Positions 1 through 9,974 of a stretch of 64,000 bases of DNA are shown one piece after another. The notes below the pieces were generated by a model. That model worked only from the letters and a program-made list of their open reading frames with translations. It was not told where the DNA came from and searched no databases. The DNA comes from a virus (Duplodnaviria > Heunggongvirae > Uroviricota > Caudoviricetes). Position numbers and translations under genes: made by a program. Positions within the stretch are counted from its first letter, which is position 1. Each line of letters starts with the position of its first letter. Location of the stretch: positions 12,516 through 76,515 of the IMG/VR virus record IMGVR_UViG_3300006092_000059; one strand, given 5' to 3'.

Positions 1-1
1 T

Positions 2-535
2 AATAAATATGGATATGATTCTTTTAAATTTTTTATTTTAGAGAAATGTTCTAAAGAAATTCTACAGAATAAGGAGCAATATTATATTGATAATTTTAAA
101 CCTGAATATAACAAAAGAATAATTGCTGATTCAAGTAGAGGATTAAAATATGGCCCACAAAGTATAGAGCATAAATTAAAGACTTCTAGGAAATTAAGAA
201 AATTTTCTGATGAATTAGTAAAAGAAATTAGAAATCTAGCTAATTCTGGAGTTACCTATAAAGAAATAGGTGAGAGATTAAACATTAATCATAATTCTTT
301 ATCTAAATTAGTTAATGGTAGAACATATGTTGATTTACATAAAGGTAATATAAAACCTATAAATAAAAATATAAGATCTAAGCTTACAAAAGAGAAGATA
401 GTAGAAATTTATTATAAAGCTTTAAATAAAGAAAATCAGTATAAGTTAGCTGAGGAGTATAATGTAACACAAGGAACTATTTCTAGAATAAAAAATGCTA
501 AAAGAGACTATTCATGGCTAATTGTAGAATTATAA
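2..535 (+). CDS. GIY-YIG homing endonuclease, C-terminal part (5' end truncated by the window edge)
   Basis: Frame 2 translation reads ...KYGYDSFKFFILEKCSKEILQNKEQYYIDNFKPEYN, the end of a GIY-YIG catalytic domain as in I-TevI. It is followed by an HTH/NUMOD-like segment (GVTYKEIGERLNINHNSLSKLVNGRTY). The stop is at 533-535, overlapping the start of the giant ORF. Confidence 0.55.
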   Translation, partial: NKYGYDSFKFFILEKCSKEILQNKEQYYIDNFKPEYNKRIIADSSRGLKYGPQSIEHKLKTSRKLRKFSDELVKEIRNLANSGVTYKEIGERLNINHNSLSKLVNGRTYVDLHKGNIKPINKNIRSKLTKEKIVEIYYKALNKENQYKLAEEYNVTQGTISRIKNAKRDYSWLIVEL

Positions 536-3500
536 GAAATAAGGATGGTATTATAGAAAAGGTATTTGCTAGTAATGGCGAAGAATCTATTCTATATAAG
601 AATTTATTAGGATTAGTAAATAATCTAGCAGATGATAAATTTACTGATTTACAAAATCTATATAAACAATTCCAAGAAATTGGAATAATTAAAGGATTAT
701 CAAAATCTGAAATAGCTCTTGCAATTTATAATAGAATACATAGTCCTAATTTTTTTAACTTTTTTGGAGATTGGGTAAATGACCCTGAAAATTCATCTAA
801 AGTTGTAGATAAGAATGGTGAACCATTAATTGTCTATCATGGTACATCATCACAATTTGAAGAATTTAAAAAAGAAAATATTAAACGTGAAGATGATTTA
901 AGATTAGGAAAAGGTTTCTATTTTACTAATAAAATAAATGAAGCTGCTGATTGGGCTACTGATTATGCCTATCAATATGAAGGTGAAACTAGTAGTGATG
1001 TTTATAGGAGAGGATTAATAATGCCAGTATTTCTTAATATTAGAGAAAATAAAAAAGATGGTATTATAGATGAATCTGTTATTTCAAAAAATACTTATGG
1101 AGAATATGTAGCTTTTAATCCAAATCAGATAAAATCTATATTTAATAAAGGAGATTTTTCATCAAGTTCAAATGTGTTTAGTACAAGAACAAATGAACCA
1201 TCTGCTTTTAATTATAGTGGATTTACTAAAGAAGTTGGATTAAATAGAAAGCAAATAGATACTTCTAAAAAAGCTAAGATTAATAAAGCTGTTCAGAAAT
1301 ACAACCAAAAACATGGAACTTCTTATTATATTAAATGGGCTCAAGTAGGACAATCTAATCTAGAAACTTGGAATATTATAGATAATAAACCTGTTAGTTC
1401 TAAAAAAGAATTTGATTCTGCAGTTGATTTTAGTGTGTCTAAAGAAGATAAAGAACTTAATCATGCAAAATGGTTAGGATTGTGGAATTTTTATAGTGAT
1501 AGACAAAAGATATCTAAATCAAATGATGTTCTAAAAAGAATAGCTGATGATTCTACTTATTTGGGATTGTTAGCTAATAAACTATTACAACATAATCATA
1601 ACAATGTTGATATTCTTTTCCTTACAAGAGAGGAATTAAATGATTATATTGATAAACATGACATTAGATTTTATGAAGGAGTTAGTGTTAGTAATGTAGA
1701 GGGATTTTATGATCACAATACTAATCAAATTGTAATGGTAGATAAGCCTACAGGTAAACTTGCAGGTAATTTACTAGAAGAAATTATACATGCTCTTACT
1801 GTTCAATTTATTAAACATGATGAGAATGAAGGAAGAAAATGGAAAGAACTTTATCTTAAAGTAAAAGAAGAGTTTTCTAAGGAAGGAAAAGATAATTATT
1901 ACTTTACTAATGAGTATGAGTTCTTAGCAGGAGTATTAAGAGATGGTGAGTTTCAAAAATTATTAGCAGGTAAGCCTTCTAACTCAACTTGGTTCTTAAA
2001 CTATTTCCATGAGTTGTTTAATCACTTATTAGATTTAATGACTAAAGTATTTGGTTTAAATTTTAATGAACGTACTTTACTTTATGATGTATATGAGGCG
2101 GGTTCTAGAGTAATTGTACAATCTGCAAGAAGAGCTGATGATTTCTCAGGATTAAAGTCAGATGCATTTGAGTATGTATCTACTACTCTTACTGATGAAC
2201 AAAGAGAAATAATGAGAGATGAGATTTCTTATTTGTCAGAAGAATTAAATAAAGAGTATAACAAACCAGCTCTTGAAAAGATTACAAATGAGCTTTATGA
2301 AGCTTATTCTAAAAGACTTAAGAAAATTGAAGATCACAGATCCTATAAAGATATTAAGGAATTATTTAAAGGTGAAAAGGTAAGTAGATATAAAGCTATT
2401 ACAGATCAGTTAGAAAAAGCTTCACAGGCTAGTGCTACTCCAGAAGGATTAGCTAGAAAAGCTCGTGCTATAGCTTCTGCTATTGTACAGACTAGTTATT
2501 TATTAGATATTACTGCACCTCATATAAAAGATATAATTCGTGATAAGGATGCTGTTGAAAATATACACACACTTCAATATTACTTGTACACACTTTCAGA
2601 TTGGGAAATTACTTTTAATGAAGCTAAAGAACTAATAGGAGAAAGTAATCCTGCTGCTAATAGATATCTTGCTATTAACTTAGATAAGATTGAAAACATT
2701 TATAAAGATATTGCTAAGAATGATGAAACTGGAATGGTAGAAGCTTTAAAGCCTATATTAGTACCAGCAGGTGAGAAATTTATAGAATGGGCAGAGAGAG
2801 AAGAAGCCACTGTAGAAAGTATACGTGATAAAGCTGTTAGAAGAGGAGATACAGACTCAGCTGAAGTTCAGTCTAAAAGATTATTAGATCTTAGAGCTGC
2901 AAAAGAAAGAGTTGATTTCAACAATGATAAAGCTATAATTAAATTTCTTAAAGGTCAAATGGGAGATACTAATGTATTTTCTATGTATCTTGAAAGTTTT
3001 AGAGATAGTCCAGATCCTATTGTAGGTGGATTTACTGCTTTCATTAAGAGAAATCTTGATGAGATAGGTGGAGATATTGCTACTATGCAAATACACTTTG
3101 AACAAGAACTAGCTCCTATCTATAAACAATTAGGTGGAAGATTTGATGCTGAATCATTAGGAAAAGAAATAACTTTTGAGGATAAGAGAGTAGATGGTCA
3201 AGGAGTAGAGTATACTGTTCCTGCATTTCTTAATCCTTTTAAAAACTATAAAGCTGATGAAAAATTATTTAAAAATGCTATTTATAGTTTAGAAGAAAAA
3301 GTTAATGATAAAACAATAACTCCAGAGGAAGAACAACAACTTATTGAGAAGAAAAAAGAATATGCTAGATGGAGAGTTAGTAGTTTGCATAATCCATTTG
3401 TAGATGAGTTTTATAAAAAATACGAGTTATGGGATGATGAGATTGGGCAACTATTAAAATTAGATGTTGATAGAATATTTAGTGAAGTTGATAAGATCCA

Positions 3501-6500
3501 AGAACCTCATATATTCATAGGAAGTGAATTATCTCAAGATGAGTTAGACCAAATAGATGCTTTATACAAAGAGTATTTTTATTTAGGAAATATTACTAAT
3601 CTGGATGGTAGTGCAAAAACTGGAATTGAGTTACAGAAAGCTCTTAGAATGAAAGAAATGAGAGCTTTAAATGTTAAATTTTATGAGTGGGTAGATAATA
3701 TTCCAGCATTTGAAAAAGCTAAATTGGATCATCAGGAAACCTTAATTTCTTCTGGAATCTTAGAAGGAAGTATAGAGTTTAGAGATGCTATGTATAAGTG
3801 GGAAGAAGATAATACTAGGTCTTTTACAGATCCTGCTTATTATGCTGAAAGAGAAGGTAAGATAAGAAAGTTAAAAATTCTTATGTCAAGAGCTACTGAT
3901 GCTAAACTAAAAGAATCTATATTAGCTCCTTTGTATAAAGAACTAATTGACCAAGTATATGGATTAAGAGATGAAGATGGACAACCTGTTGGTAGTGAAA
4001 TTAGTGCATCTAAAACTAAAAGACTCAAGGAAGTTCAAGAACAAATAGAAGCTGAAAGAGAGAAATTTACTGGTATTTCAGGACTCAATGATGATGAAAA
4101 AGAAAGACTTAGTGAGTTATATGATAAGAAGTATTCTGAAGGTTTAAATACAGCTGAGGAAGAAGAATTCAATAATTTAATAGCACAGTCTGATAAACTT
4201 GGAATGCATAAAAAAGATAGAGCTGAAATAATTTCATTATTTACAGAACTAAGAAATATGCAGTCAAGAGTTCCTACTCCTTACTATGTAGAAAGTTTTA
4301 ATAACAACTCAAGTAGACTTGGTATTACTTTGGATGATAGAGGTAATATTCAAGAAGGAGCTGATTTTATTTCTATTCTTGATAGTAGTAAATTATTCAG
4401 ATTATTAGATGACCCACAATTTAGAACTTGGTTTGAGGCTAACCATATTCAAGTTTTAAGATGGGATAAAGATTCTGGAGGTAAAATTCCTAAATGGGAA
4501 AGATTATATCAATGGAGTAAAGTAGTTCCTAGCAATCCTGATTATATTAAGAGAAGACCTGCTTATAAATATTCATATAGAAGAGTTAAAGATGAATATA
4601 GAACTGAAAGAATTGTAGGCAAGACTGTTGATATAAAAGGTGACTGGTTGCCTAAAACTGTAGAAGAAGGTGGAAGTGTTGATTATAGAAATGAAAAATT
4701 CTATGCTTTAAAAGAAAGTGCAGAATCTGGTAATCAGCGTAATAAACTAATATATCAATACTTACAAACTAATTTAAAATATCATTTTAAAGTTCAGGAT
4801 GGAATTCCTAATGTTAATAAATTAGGACATGATTTGCCTAAAGTCAGAAAAGAAACTTCTGCTCGTAATCTAGATCTGTTAAAGAAACCATTAGAACTTC
4901 CTGGCTTAATGTGGGCTAGATTTGTAGATTATTTGAGGTCACTTCGTGAGTATAATACAGATAGTGGAAACTTTGAAGAAGTAGATGGTGAATTAGTTTC
5001 TAATGATTATCAATTAGTGTATGCAGATAAATATGGAACTGAGCTTAACTCAATTCCTATGAAGTATATAACAAGAATGGATGCTGAGAATGTTTCTTTA
5101 AATACTCCTAGATCTATAATGAAGTATGCTTATGCAGCTGCTACTAATAAAAAACTAATAGAAATATCACCTATTGCCCGTACTTTACAAAGAGTGTTAG
5201 ATAATCCAATTAATGCTCCTATTGATGTTAAAAAGAAAATACGTGGTAATACTAAGCAATCTCCTATATTAGGATCTAATAGAAGAAAAGAAGCTGTTGA
5301 TTTTATTATTAAGAGAGAATTTGAAGGATATCAAAAAGCCTATGAGTTAGGTAAATTTGCTGATAGTATGGTAAGTTTACTTAAAAGATTAGGTAGTTGG
5401 TCTTATCTTAAATTTAATATTCCTTCATCTATTGCAAACGTAGTAAATGCTGTTAATCAAAACTGGATTACTGCTGGACAAGGATTTTATTCTTCCAGTG
5501 ATTTTGCTATGTCTGCTACAGATATGTTTAGTAGATTTATTCCAGCATGGCAATCTGACTATTGGATAAATGAGCTTGGAACTAAAAGTCTTGAGGGACA
5601 AATGGCTGAAAGATGGGAATTTATGCAATCTTCAAGTATTGAGGAAGAAGCAGGAGAAAAGTTTGGAGCTAGTATATTGAAAGACTTTGCTGGATTTAAT
5701 TGGATGTTTAATCACAGAGAATGGGGTGAATATTATGTTCAAAGTAGAATTTGGTTAGCTTATCTTAATGGGACTAAAGTAGAACAAACACTTCCTGATG
5801 GTAGTCTTAAAACTCTAGCATTAAAGGATATTTATGAACTTGATGATAATGGTGTAATCAAACTAAAAGATGGTGTATCTGAAGATTGGGGATTCAAAGG
5901 TGAGGAGTTTCTGAAATTAAAAAATACTATTCAGAAGACTATTAGAAACACTCATGGTGCTTATGCTAACTTTGATAAATCAATGGCTGAGCAATATACA
6001 GCTTATAACTTTGCTTTATTCTTAAAGAAATGGTTTATAAGTATGTTTATGCAAAGATTTTCTGCTTCTAATGTAAAAGTTAGTAAAGGTGGAATTACCT
6101 CTACACCTAGATTTAATACTGATGCAGGTTATCAATGGGGATATTATATGGCAGGATTAAATGCTGCTAGTAAACAATGGCAAACTGGACTAAATAACTG
6201 GGCAGATTTAACAGCTGAAGAGAAAGCTTCACTATGGAGAATAGGTCATGAATTAATGGTGGTATTAGCTGCTAGTTTTATAATTCGTATAATAGCAGGT
6301 ATTGATTATGATGATAAAGATCCTTATAAATCATTAAAGGATATGAATTGGTGGGAACTTCAAATGTTATATCAAGTAATGCGTTTGCAAGTAGAAACTG
6401 AAACTTATGTCAGCCCTACACAGTATGCAGACTTTACATTACAATTCATGGCATTTGAGGCTGCTAAGAAGTGGGGTAGATTACTAATATACATAATCAC

Positions 6501-6663
6501 ACAGGAAGAGTATAAAAGAAAAACTGGAGATTATAAGAAGGGTGATAAGAAATGGAAAGCTCAATTCCAGAGAGCTACAGGTTTGCAAGGAATTAGTAGA
6601 ACATTTGATAAGCCTGAAGATTTAGTAAAATCTTATGATAAGAATATTAGGCCTCATATTTAA
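514..6663 (+). CDS. Giant polyvalent (probably virion-packaged or injected) protein with an N-terminal PARP-like H-Y-E ADP-ribosyltransferase domain; long coiled-coil body and a C-terminal hydrophobic segment
   Basis: Uninterrupted 2049-aa ORF. Residues ~100-210 carry IVYHGTSS ... LGKGFYFTN ... YGEYVAFN. These match PARP catalytic HGS ... GKGIYFA ... YNEYIVY (the His, Tyr and catalytic Glu positions). A TM-like stretch LMVVLAASFIIRIIAGI lies near the C-terminus. Confidence 0.8.
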   Translation: MANCRIIRNKDGIIEKVFASNGEESILYKNLLGLVNNLADDKFTDLQNLYKQFQEIGIIKGLSKSEIALAIYNRIHSPNFFNFFGDWVNDPENSSKVVDKNGEPLIVYHGTSSQFEEFKKENIKREDDLRLGKGFYFTNKINEAADWATDYAYQYEGETSSDVYRRGLIMPVFLNIRENKKDGIIDESVISKNTYGEYVAFNPNQIKSIFNKGDFSSSSNVFSTRTNEPSAFNYSGFTKEVGLNRKQIDTSKKAKINKAVQKYNQKHGTSYYIKWAQVGQSNLETWNIIDNKPVSSKKEFDSAVDFSVSKEDKELNHAKWLGLWNFYSDRQKISKSNDVLKRIADDSTYLGLLANKLLQHNHNNVDILFLTREELNDYIDKHDIRFYEGVSVSNVEGFYDHNTNQIVMVDKPTGKLAGNLLEEIIHALTVQFIKHDENEGRKWKELYLKVKEEFSKEGKDNYYFTNEYEFLAGVLRDGEFQKLLAGKPSNSTWFLNYFHELFNHLLDLMTKVFGLNFNERTLLYDVYEAGSRVIVQSARRADDFSGLKSDAFEYVSTTLTDEQREIMRDEISYLSEELNKEYNKPALEKITNELYEAYSKRLKKIEDHRSYKDIKELFKGEKVSRYKAITDQLEKASQASATPEGLARKARAIASAIVQTSYLLDITAPHIKDIIRDKDAVENIHTLQYYLYTLSDWEITFNEAKELIGESNPAANRYLAINLDKIENIYKDIAKNDETGMVEALKPILVPAGEKFIEWAEREEATVESIRDKAVRRGDTDSAEVQSKRLLDLRAAKERVDFNNDKAIIKFLKGQMGDTNVFSMYLESFRDSPDPIVGGFTAFIKRNLDEIGGDIATMQIHFEQELAPIYKQLGGRFDAESLGKEITFEDKRVDGQGVEYTVPAFLNPFKNYKADEKLFKNAIYSLEEKVNDKTITPEEEQQLIEKKKEYARWRVSSLHNPFVDEFYKKYELWDDEIGQLLKLDVDRIFSEVDKIQEPHIFIGSELSQDELDQIDALYKEYFYLGNITNLDGSAKTGIELQKALRMKEMRALNVKFYEWVDNIPAFEKAKLDHQETLISSGILEGSIEFRDAMYKWEEDNTRSFTDPAYYAEREGKIRKLKILMSRATDAKLKESILAPLYKELIDQVYGLRDEDGQPVGSEISASKTKRLKEVQEQIEAEREKFTGISGLNDDEKERLSELYDKKYSEGLNTAEEEEFNNLIAQSDKLGMHKKDRAEIISLFTELRNMQSRVPTPYYVESFNNNSSRLGITLDDRGNIQEGADFISILDSSKLFRLLDDPQFRTWFEANHIQVLRWDKDSGGKIPKWERLYQWSKVVPSNPDYIKRRPAYKYSYRRVKDEYRTERIVGKTVDIKGDWLPKTVEEGGSVDYRNEKFYALKESAESGNQRNKLIYQYLQTNLKYHFKVQDGIPNVNKLGHDLPKVRKETSARNLDLLKKPLELPGLMWARFVDYLRSLREYNTDSGNFEEVDGELVSNDYQLVYADKYGTELNSIPMKYITRMDAENVSLNTPRSIMKYAYAAATNKKLIEISPIARTLQRVLDNPINAPIDVKKKIRGNTKQSPILGSNRRKEAVDFIIKREFEGYQKAYELGKFADSMVSLLKRLGSWSYLKFNIPSSIANVVNAVNQNWITAGQGFYSSSDFAMSATDMFSRFIPAWQSDYWINELGTKSLEGQMAERWEFMQSSSIEEEAGEKFGASILKDFAGFNWMFNHREWGEYYVQSRIWLAYLNGTKVEQTLPDGSLKTLALKDIYELDDNGVIKLKDGVSEDWGFKGEEFLKLKNTIQKTIRNTHGAYANFDKSMAEQYTAYNFALFLKKWFISMFMQRFSASNVKVSKGGITSTPRFNTDAGYQWGYYMAGLNAASKQWQTGLNNWADLTAEEKASLWRIGHELMVVLAASFIIRIIAGIDYDDKDPYKSLKDMNWWELQMLYQVMRLQVETETYVSPTQYADFTLQFMAFEAAKKWGRLLIYIITQEEYKRKTGDYKKGDKKWKAQFQRATGLQGISRTFDKPEDLVKSYDKNIRPHI

Positions 6664-6725
6664 TGTTAAAATATTTGGAAATTAAAATTATTGTATTTAT
6701 ATTTGTAAAATAAAATTAAAGGATA

Positions 6726-7025
6726 ATGGAAACAACACAAGAAGTTCAACAAGAACAACCAATTCAATTTGCATACAGACCTGATGCAAAAATTACAATT
6801 ACACTTGAAGGGTGGCAATTTAACCAACTTCAAATGGCATTAAAACCTTTTGAAGGCCCTTTGGCTACTATTAATAACATTCATAACTTTATGATTCAAA
6901 CAGGGATTTCTAGACCTGTTTATATTAAAGATGTGGATAAGAATGGTAACTTAAGAAGTGATTTCTGGGAAGCACCTAAAGAAGAAACAGCACCAACTCC
7001 TAAAATAGAGATAGTGCAAAGCTAA
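6726..7025 (+). CDS. hypothetical protein
   Basis: 99-aa ORF directly after the giant gene on the same strand, followed by a terminator-like hairpin. Confidence 0.45.
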   Translation: METTQEVQQEQPIQFAYRPDAKITITLEGWQFNQLQMALKPFEGPLATINNIHNFMIQTGISRPVYIKDVDKNGNLRSDFWEAPKEETAPTPKIEIVQS

Positions 7026-7044
7026 AATCCTTTATCCCGAGGTG

Positions 7045-7079
7045 AGGGGAGTTCAGAAATGAGCTTCCCTTTTTTATTT
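7045..7079 (+). terminator. rho-independent terminator candidate between convergent gene blocks
   Basis: GGGGAG (7045-7050) pairs with CTTCCC (7063-7068) in a 6-bp stem including one G-U, with a 12-nt loop. It is followed by TTTTTTATTTT at 7069-7079. Confidence 0.45.
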
Positions 7080-7376
7080 TATAGAGTCTTTAAATCTTTC
7101 TTGTATAGAGGAAGGAAAGGTTGAATAATATTTTGAAAGCCTTTCAAATAAAATATCTAATTGATCTTGAGTAAGATCATTTTCATAAACAGTAAAATAC
7201 TCACATTGTTTTCCCTTTTCACACTTTGTAAATGTGTAAGTTCTTTCATCTTTTCTTCTAATTTTTTCTTGCTCTATTTTCCAATCTTCCATGAATTGAG
7301 CAGTTTTATTTTTATATGGCATACTACTTAGGTTCAAAGTCAAGTCCATGTTCTTTAACATAGTTACATATTTCAA
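7074..7376 (-). CDS. hypothetical protein (start may be the internal Met at 7322, immediately after the SET gene stop: TAGtATG)
   Basis: ORF in the same orientation as its neighbours. Its 5' 50 nt overlaps the upstream gene unless the start at 7322 is used. Confidence 0.4.
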   Translation of the reverse strand: MKYVTMLKNMDLTLNLSSMPYKNKTAQFMEDWKIEQEKIRRKDERTYTFTKCEKGKQCEYFTVYENDLTQDQLDILFERLSKYYSTFPSSIQERFKDSIK

Positions 7377-7704
7377 AATAATTAGAAGTTATTTCTTCTC
7401 CAGCTTTGATATTTTGTTTAGCAAATGTGCCCTCTTTATTGTCATATGTATTAGGAGTAGTAGAATGATTAATATGTCTAGCTTCATCTATACATACTAT
7501 CCATAAATTATTTTCTAGGTAAGCGTATTTATACAAAAATTTTGTTTCTAACTCATTCATTAGTTTCACAGAATCAAGTGAGTATTCTACGTCCATTCCA
7601 GGAGTAAATTCCCAAATCTTAGTATTTTTAGGTATTAAGTTTTTAGCAAATAAACCTATTCCTTTTCCTTGTGATTCTTTTAATTCTATTTCTACTTTTA
7701 ACAT
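7324..7704 (-). CDS. minimal SET-domain protein (putative protein-lysine methyltransferase, vSET-like)
   Basis: GKGIGLFA (GxG AdoMet motif), ARHINHSTTPNT (corresponds to RFINHSCxPN, with Cys replaced by Thr) and GEEITSNY (corresponds to ELTFDY). 126 aa, similar in size to chlorovirus vSET. Confidence 0.6.
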   Translation of the reverse strand: MLKVEIELKESQGKGIGLFAKNLIPKNTKIWEFTPGMDVEYSLDSVKLMNELETKFLYKYAYLENNLWIVCIDEARHINHSTTPNTYDNKEGTFAKQNIKAGEEITSNYFEICNYVKEHGLDFEPK

Positions 7705-8558
7705 AATTCATTAATATTTAAAATATCAATACTATTATCTCCATAATTAGTAACAATTACTTTATCTCCCTTGCTTGCAATTCCATGTGGAAAATCAAAT
7801 CTTTTTATTTCTCCTTTGTTCTCAAGTTTATCATTTTTTAATATAAAGTGTAATAAACTATCTTGACCTTGTAATGTAATAAATCCATTCTCTCCTGTTA
7901 AAGCAAGACAATCTGTTTGCCCATAAAATGGTAATTCAGCTAATTTTTTAAAACTAGGAAGCTCATATAAATACAAAATAGAATCAGTAATTTGTATAGG
8001 ATCTAATGATGGCCTACTATCAGATGTAGCTAATAATAATCTATTATTTAATAATAATAATAGATCTTTTGGATAATAATCAAAATTCTTAAATACTTCA
8101 TATTCCCCTGTTGGTAGATTAAAGATTAAACATTCTCTTCTTTTAGTATCAGTATTTGTAATAATAACATTATCCTGATCTATTATTCTACAACCATGAA
8201 ATTGATTAAAGTCTTTTCTTACTATATCTTTTACAAAAGATAATTTTCTATAATACTTGTCAACTTTATAAACTGATATACAACAAAATTCACTTCTTAT
8301 TGCTCTATTAGAAGTCATTATAATTCCATCCTTATAATCCATTAAATCTGGATGATAAGTTGTTTTTATCTCATCTATAATCACAGGATCTTTACTAATA
8401 TCTATTAGATATATAACTTTACCTAAATAGGAAGCAACTGCAATTAAATTATCATCAATAAAACATACAGCAGTAGCTGTGGCATATCTACTTCTTCTAC
8501 CAGCATATACTTTGTAGTATCCAGTAAGATCTATATTAGGAAGTTTGAATTTCATCAT
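7698..8558 (-). CDS. hypothetical protein, YVTN/NHL-type beta-propeller-like repeats
   Basis: C-terminal VIVTNYGDNSIDILNI resembles YVTN beta-propeller repeat signatures. Similar repeated segments occur through the protein. Confidence 0.3.
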   Translation of the reverse strand: MMKFKLPNIDLTGYYKVYAGRRSRYATATAVCFIDDNLIAVASYLGKVIYLIDISKDPVIIDEIKTTYHPDLMDYKDGIIMTSNRAIRSEFCCISVYKVDKYYRKLSFVKDIVRKDFNQFHGCRIIDQDNVIITNTDTKRRECLIFNLPTGEYEVFKNFDYYPKDLLLLLNNRLLLATSDSRPSLDPIQITDSILYLYELPSFKKLAELPFYGQTDCLALTGENGFITLQGQDSLLHFILKNDKLENKGEIKRFDFPHGIASKGDKVIVTNYGDNSIDILNINELC

Positions 8559-9252
8559 ATTTTTTTATTATTTTTTCAGGATTTTTCCAAGTTTTACTTT
8601 TTACTCTTTGAGCTATAATTCTTTGATATTCTAATCGTATTTTAGACTTCGTATTAGTATCAGCTTTTATAGTAAGATTTCTATCATGTATTCTTCTATT
8701 AAAAATAATAGTAGTAAGAGTAGCAGATTTGGCTCTGTTAAAGGTTAATCTATGTAAAAATTCTTCATCTGCACTACACTTCCAATTTTCATAACCATTT
8801 AGTTTATTAAAAATAGATTTTCTTATACCTATTACTCCACATGCTATTTCTATTTTTGCACGATTCATTCTACCATTTAGTATAGTAAAGTCTTGAAATT
8901 TTAGTCTTACTACATCTACAACTCTTATTAGATTATAAAATGATTGAACTAGAGTAGGTAGCATAGTATCATCACTATCAAAAAATATTATATATTCATA
9001 TTTAGCCTCATTTACAATATTATTTTTAACAGAATATGTTCCTACATTTTCTTCAAAATAAAAAACTCTACATCGCTTATAAAATTCTTTATTATCTTGA
9101 ATACTCTTCAGTGTTCTTTCACAATGATCCACACCTATAATAATATCTATGTCAACATTAGTTTGTTGATTATAGATAGACTGAATACATTCTTTTAGGT
9201 ATTCAGGTGTATTAAAAGTTGGAATTATGATTGAGACTCCTTTATCTGACAT
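8536..9252 (-). CDS. glycosyltransferase family 2 (GT-A fold)
   Basis: N-terminus SIIIPTFNTPEYLKECIQSI ... DIIIGVDHCE is the typical GT2 opening. An FDSDD DxD-like motif is present. Confidence 0.6.
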   Translation of the reverse strand: MSDKGVSIIIPTFNTPEYLKECIQSIYNQQTNVDIDIIIGVDHCERTLKSIQDNKEFYKRCRVFYFEENVGTYSVKNNIVNEAKYEYIIFFDSDDTMLPTLVQSFYNLIRVVDVVRLKFQDFTILNGRMNRAKIEIACGVIGIRKSIFNKLNGYENWKCSADEEFLHRLTFNRAKSATLTTIIFNRRIHDRNLTIKADTNTKSKIRLEYQRIIAQRVKSKTWKNPEKIIKKYDEIQTS

Positions 9253-9974
9253 TGTTTATTATAATTATAAAATTCTTCAAGAGTTTTTGTCCTCTTTACA
9301 TGATCTCCACTTCCTCTTTCAATTTTTTCTTTCCATTCTGGTAAAGATCTAGTATAAATATGTTTTATCCATACAAACTTAGAATGATGCCTACAAATAG
9401 GCCTTTTTACTTCTAAACCATCTTCATTAATATATCTACCTTTAATTATAGCTTTATGTGGATCTGGAAAATTTATAACAGCAGATGGTCTTACAATAGA
9501 TTTAATATGACCATTAGTATGATATTGATTATATTTTTCTATTGGTTGTCTTGTTTCAAAGTAAGGGTCATTTCCATACATTCTCCATGATAATCCTAAA
9601 GCATCAAACTTACCATATAATTTTTCTAATATAGTAAGATCTTCTTTTACATTCATAGTATTAGATGTATAAAATTCATCCGTATCTATAAATAACATCC
9701 AATCTATTCCTGTATAAGGTATAACTTGTTCACATGCATGTTTATAAGCTCTACACTGACTTCCTACCTCATTATCTTTCCAAGTATATACTGAAACAAT
9801 ACCAGGTTTTATAATACCTTTATCAGTAAGTTTATTTCTTAATTCACCTATACAATTTTTACTACCATTATCATATATCATAAAATGGTCAAACCCCACC
9901 TTTATATGGTGGAGTAGCCATTCTTCTAAATATTCATTTTCATCTTTTATAATAAGACAAACTGCAGTTTTCAT
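9225..9974 (-). CDS. GT-A-like glycosyltransferase (Glyco_tranf_2_4 / GT92-like)
   Basis: CLIIKDENEYLEEWLLHHIKVGFDHFMIYDNGS pattern and an LFIDTDEF DxD motif. Confidence 0.4.
   Translation of the reverse strand: MKTAVCLIIKDENEYLEEWLLHHIKVGFDHFMIYDNGSKNCIGELRNKLTDKGIIKPGIVSVYTWKDNEVGSQCRAYKHACEQVIPYTGIDWMLFIDTDEFYTSNTMNVKEDLTILEKLYGKFDALGLSWRMYGNDPYFETRQPIEKYNQYHTNGHIKSIVRPSAVINFPDPHKAIIKGRYINEDGLEVKRPICRHHSKFVWIKHIYTRSLPEWKEKIERGSGDHVKRTKTLEEFYNYNKQCQIKESQS

Noticed and set aside
2884-5628. Three - strand ORFs (2884..3105, 3840..4028, 5425..5628) inside the giant + strand gene
   Set aside because: They are antisense to a continuous 6-kb coding frame, short, hydrophobic and low-complexity, and have no start context. 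They are almost certainly spurious.
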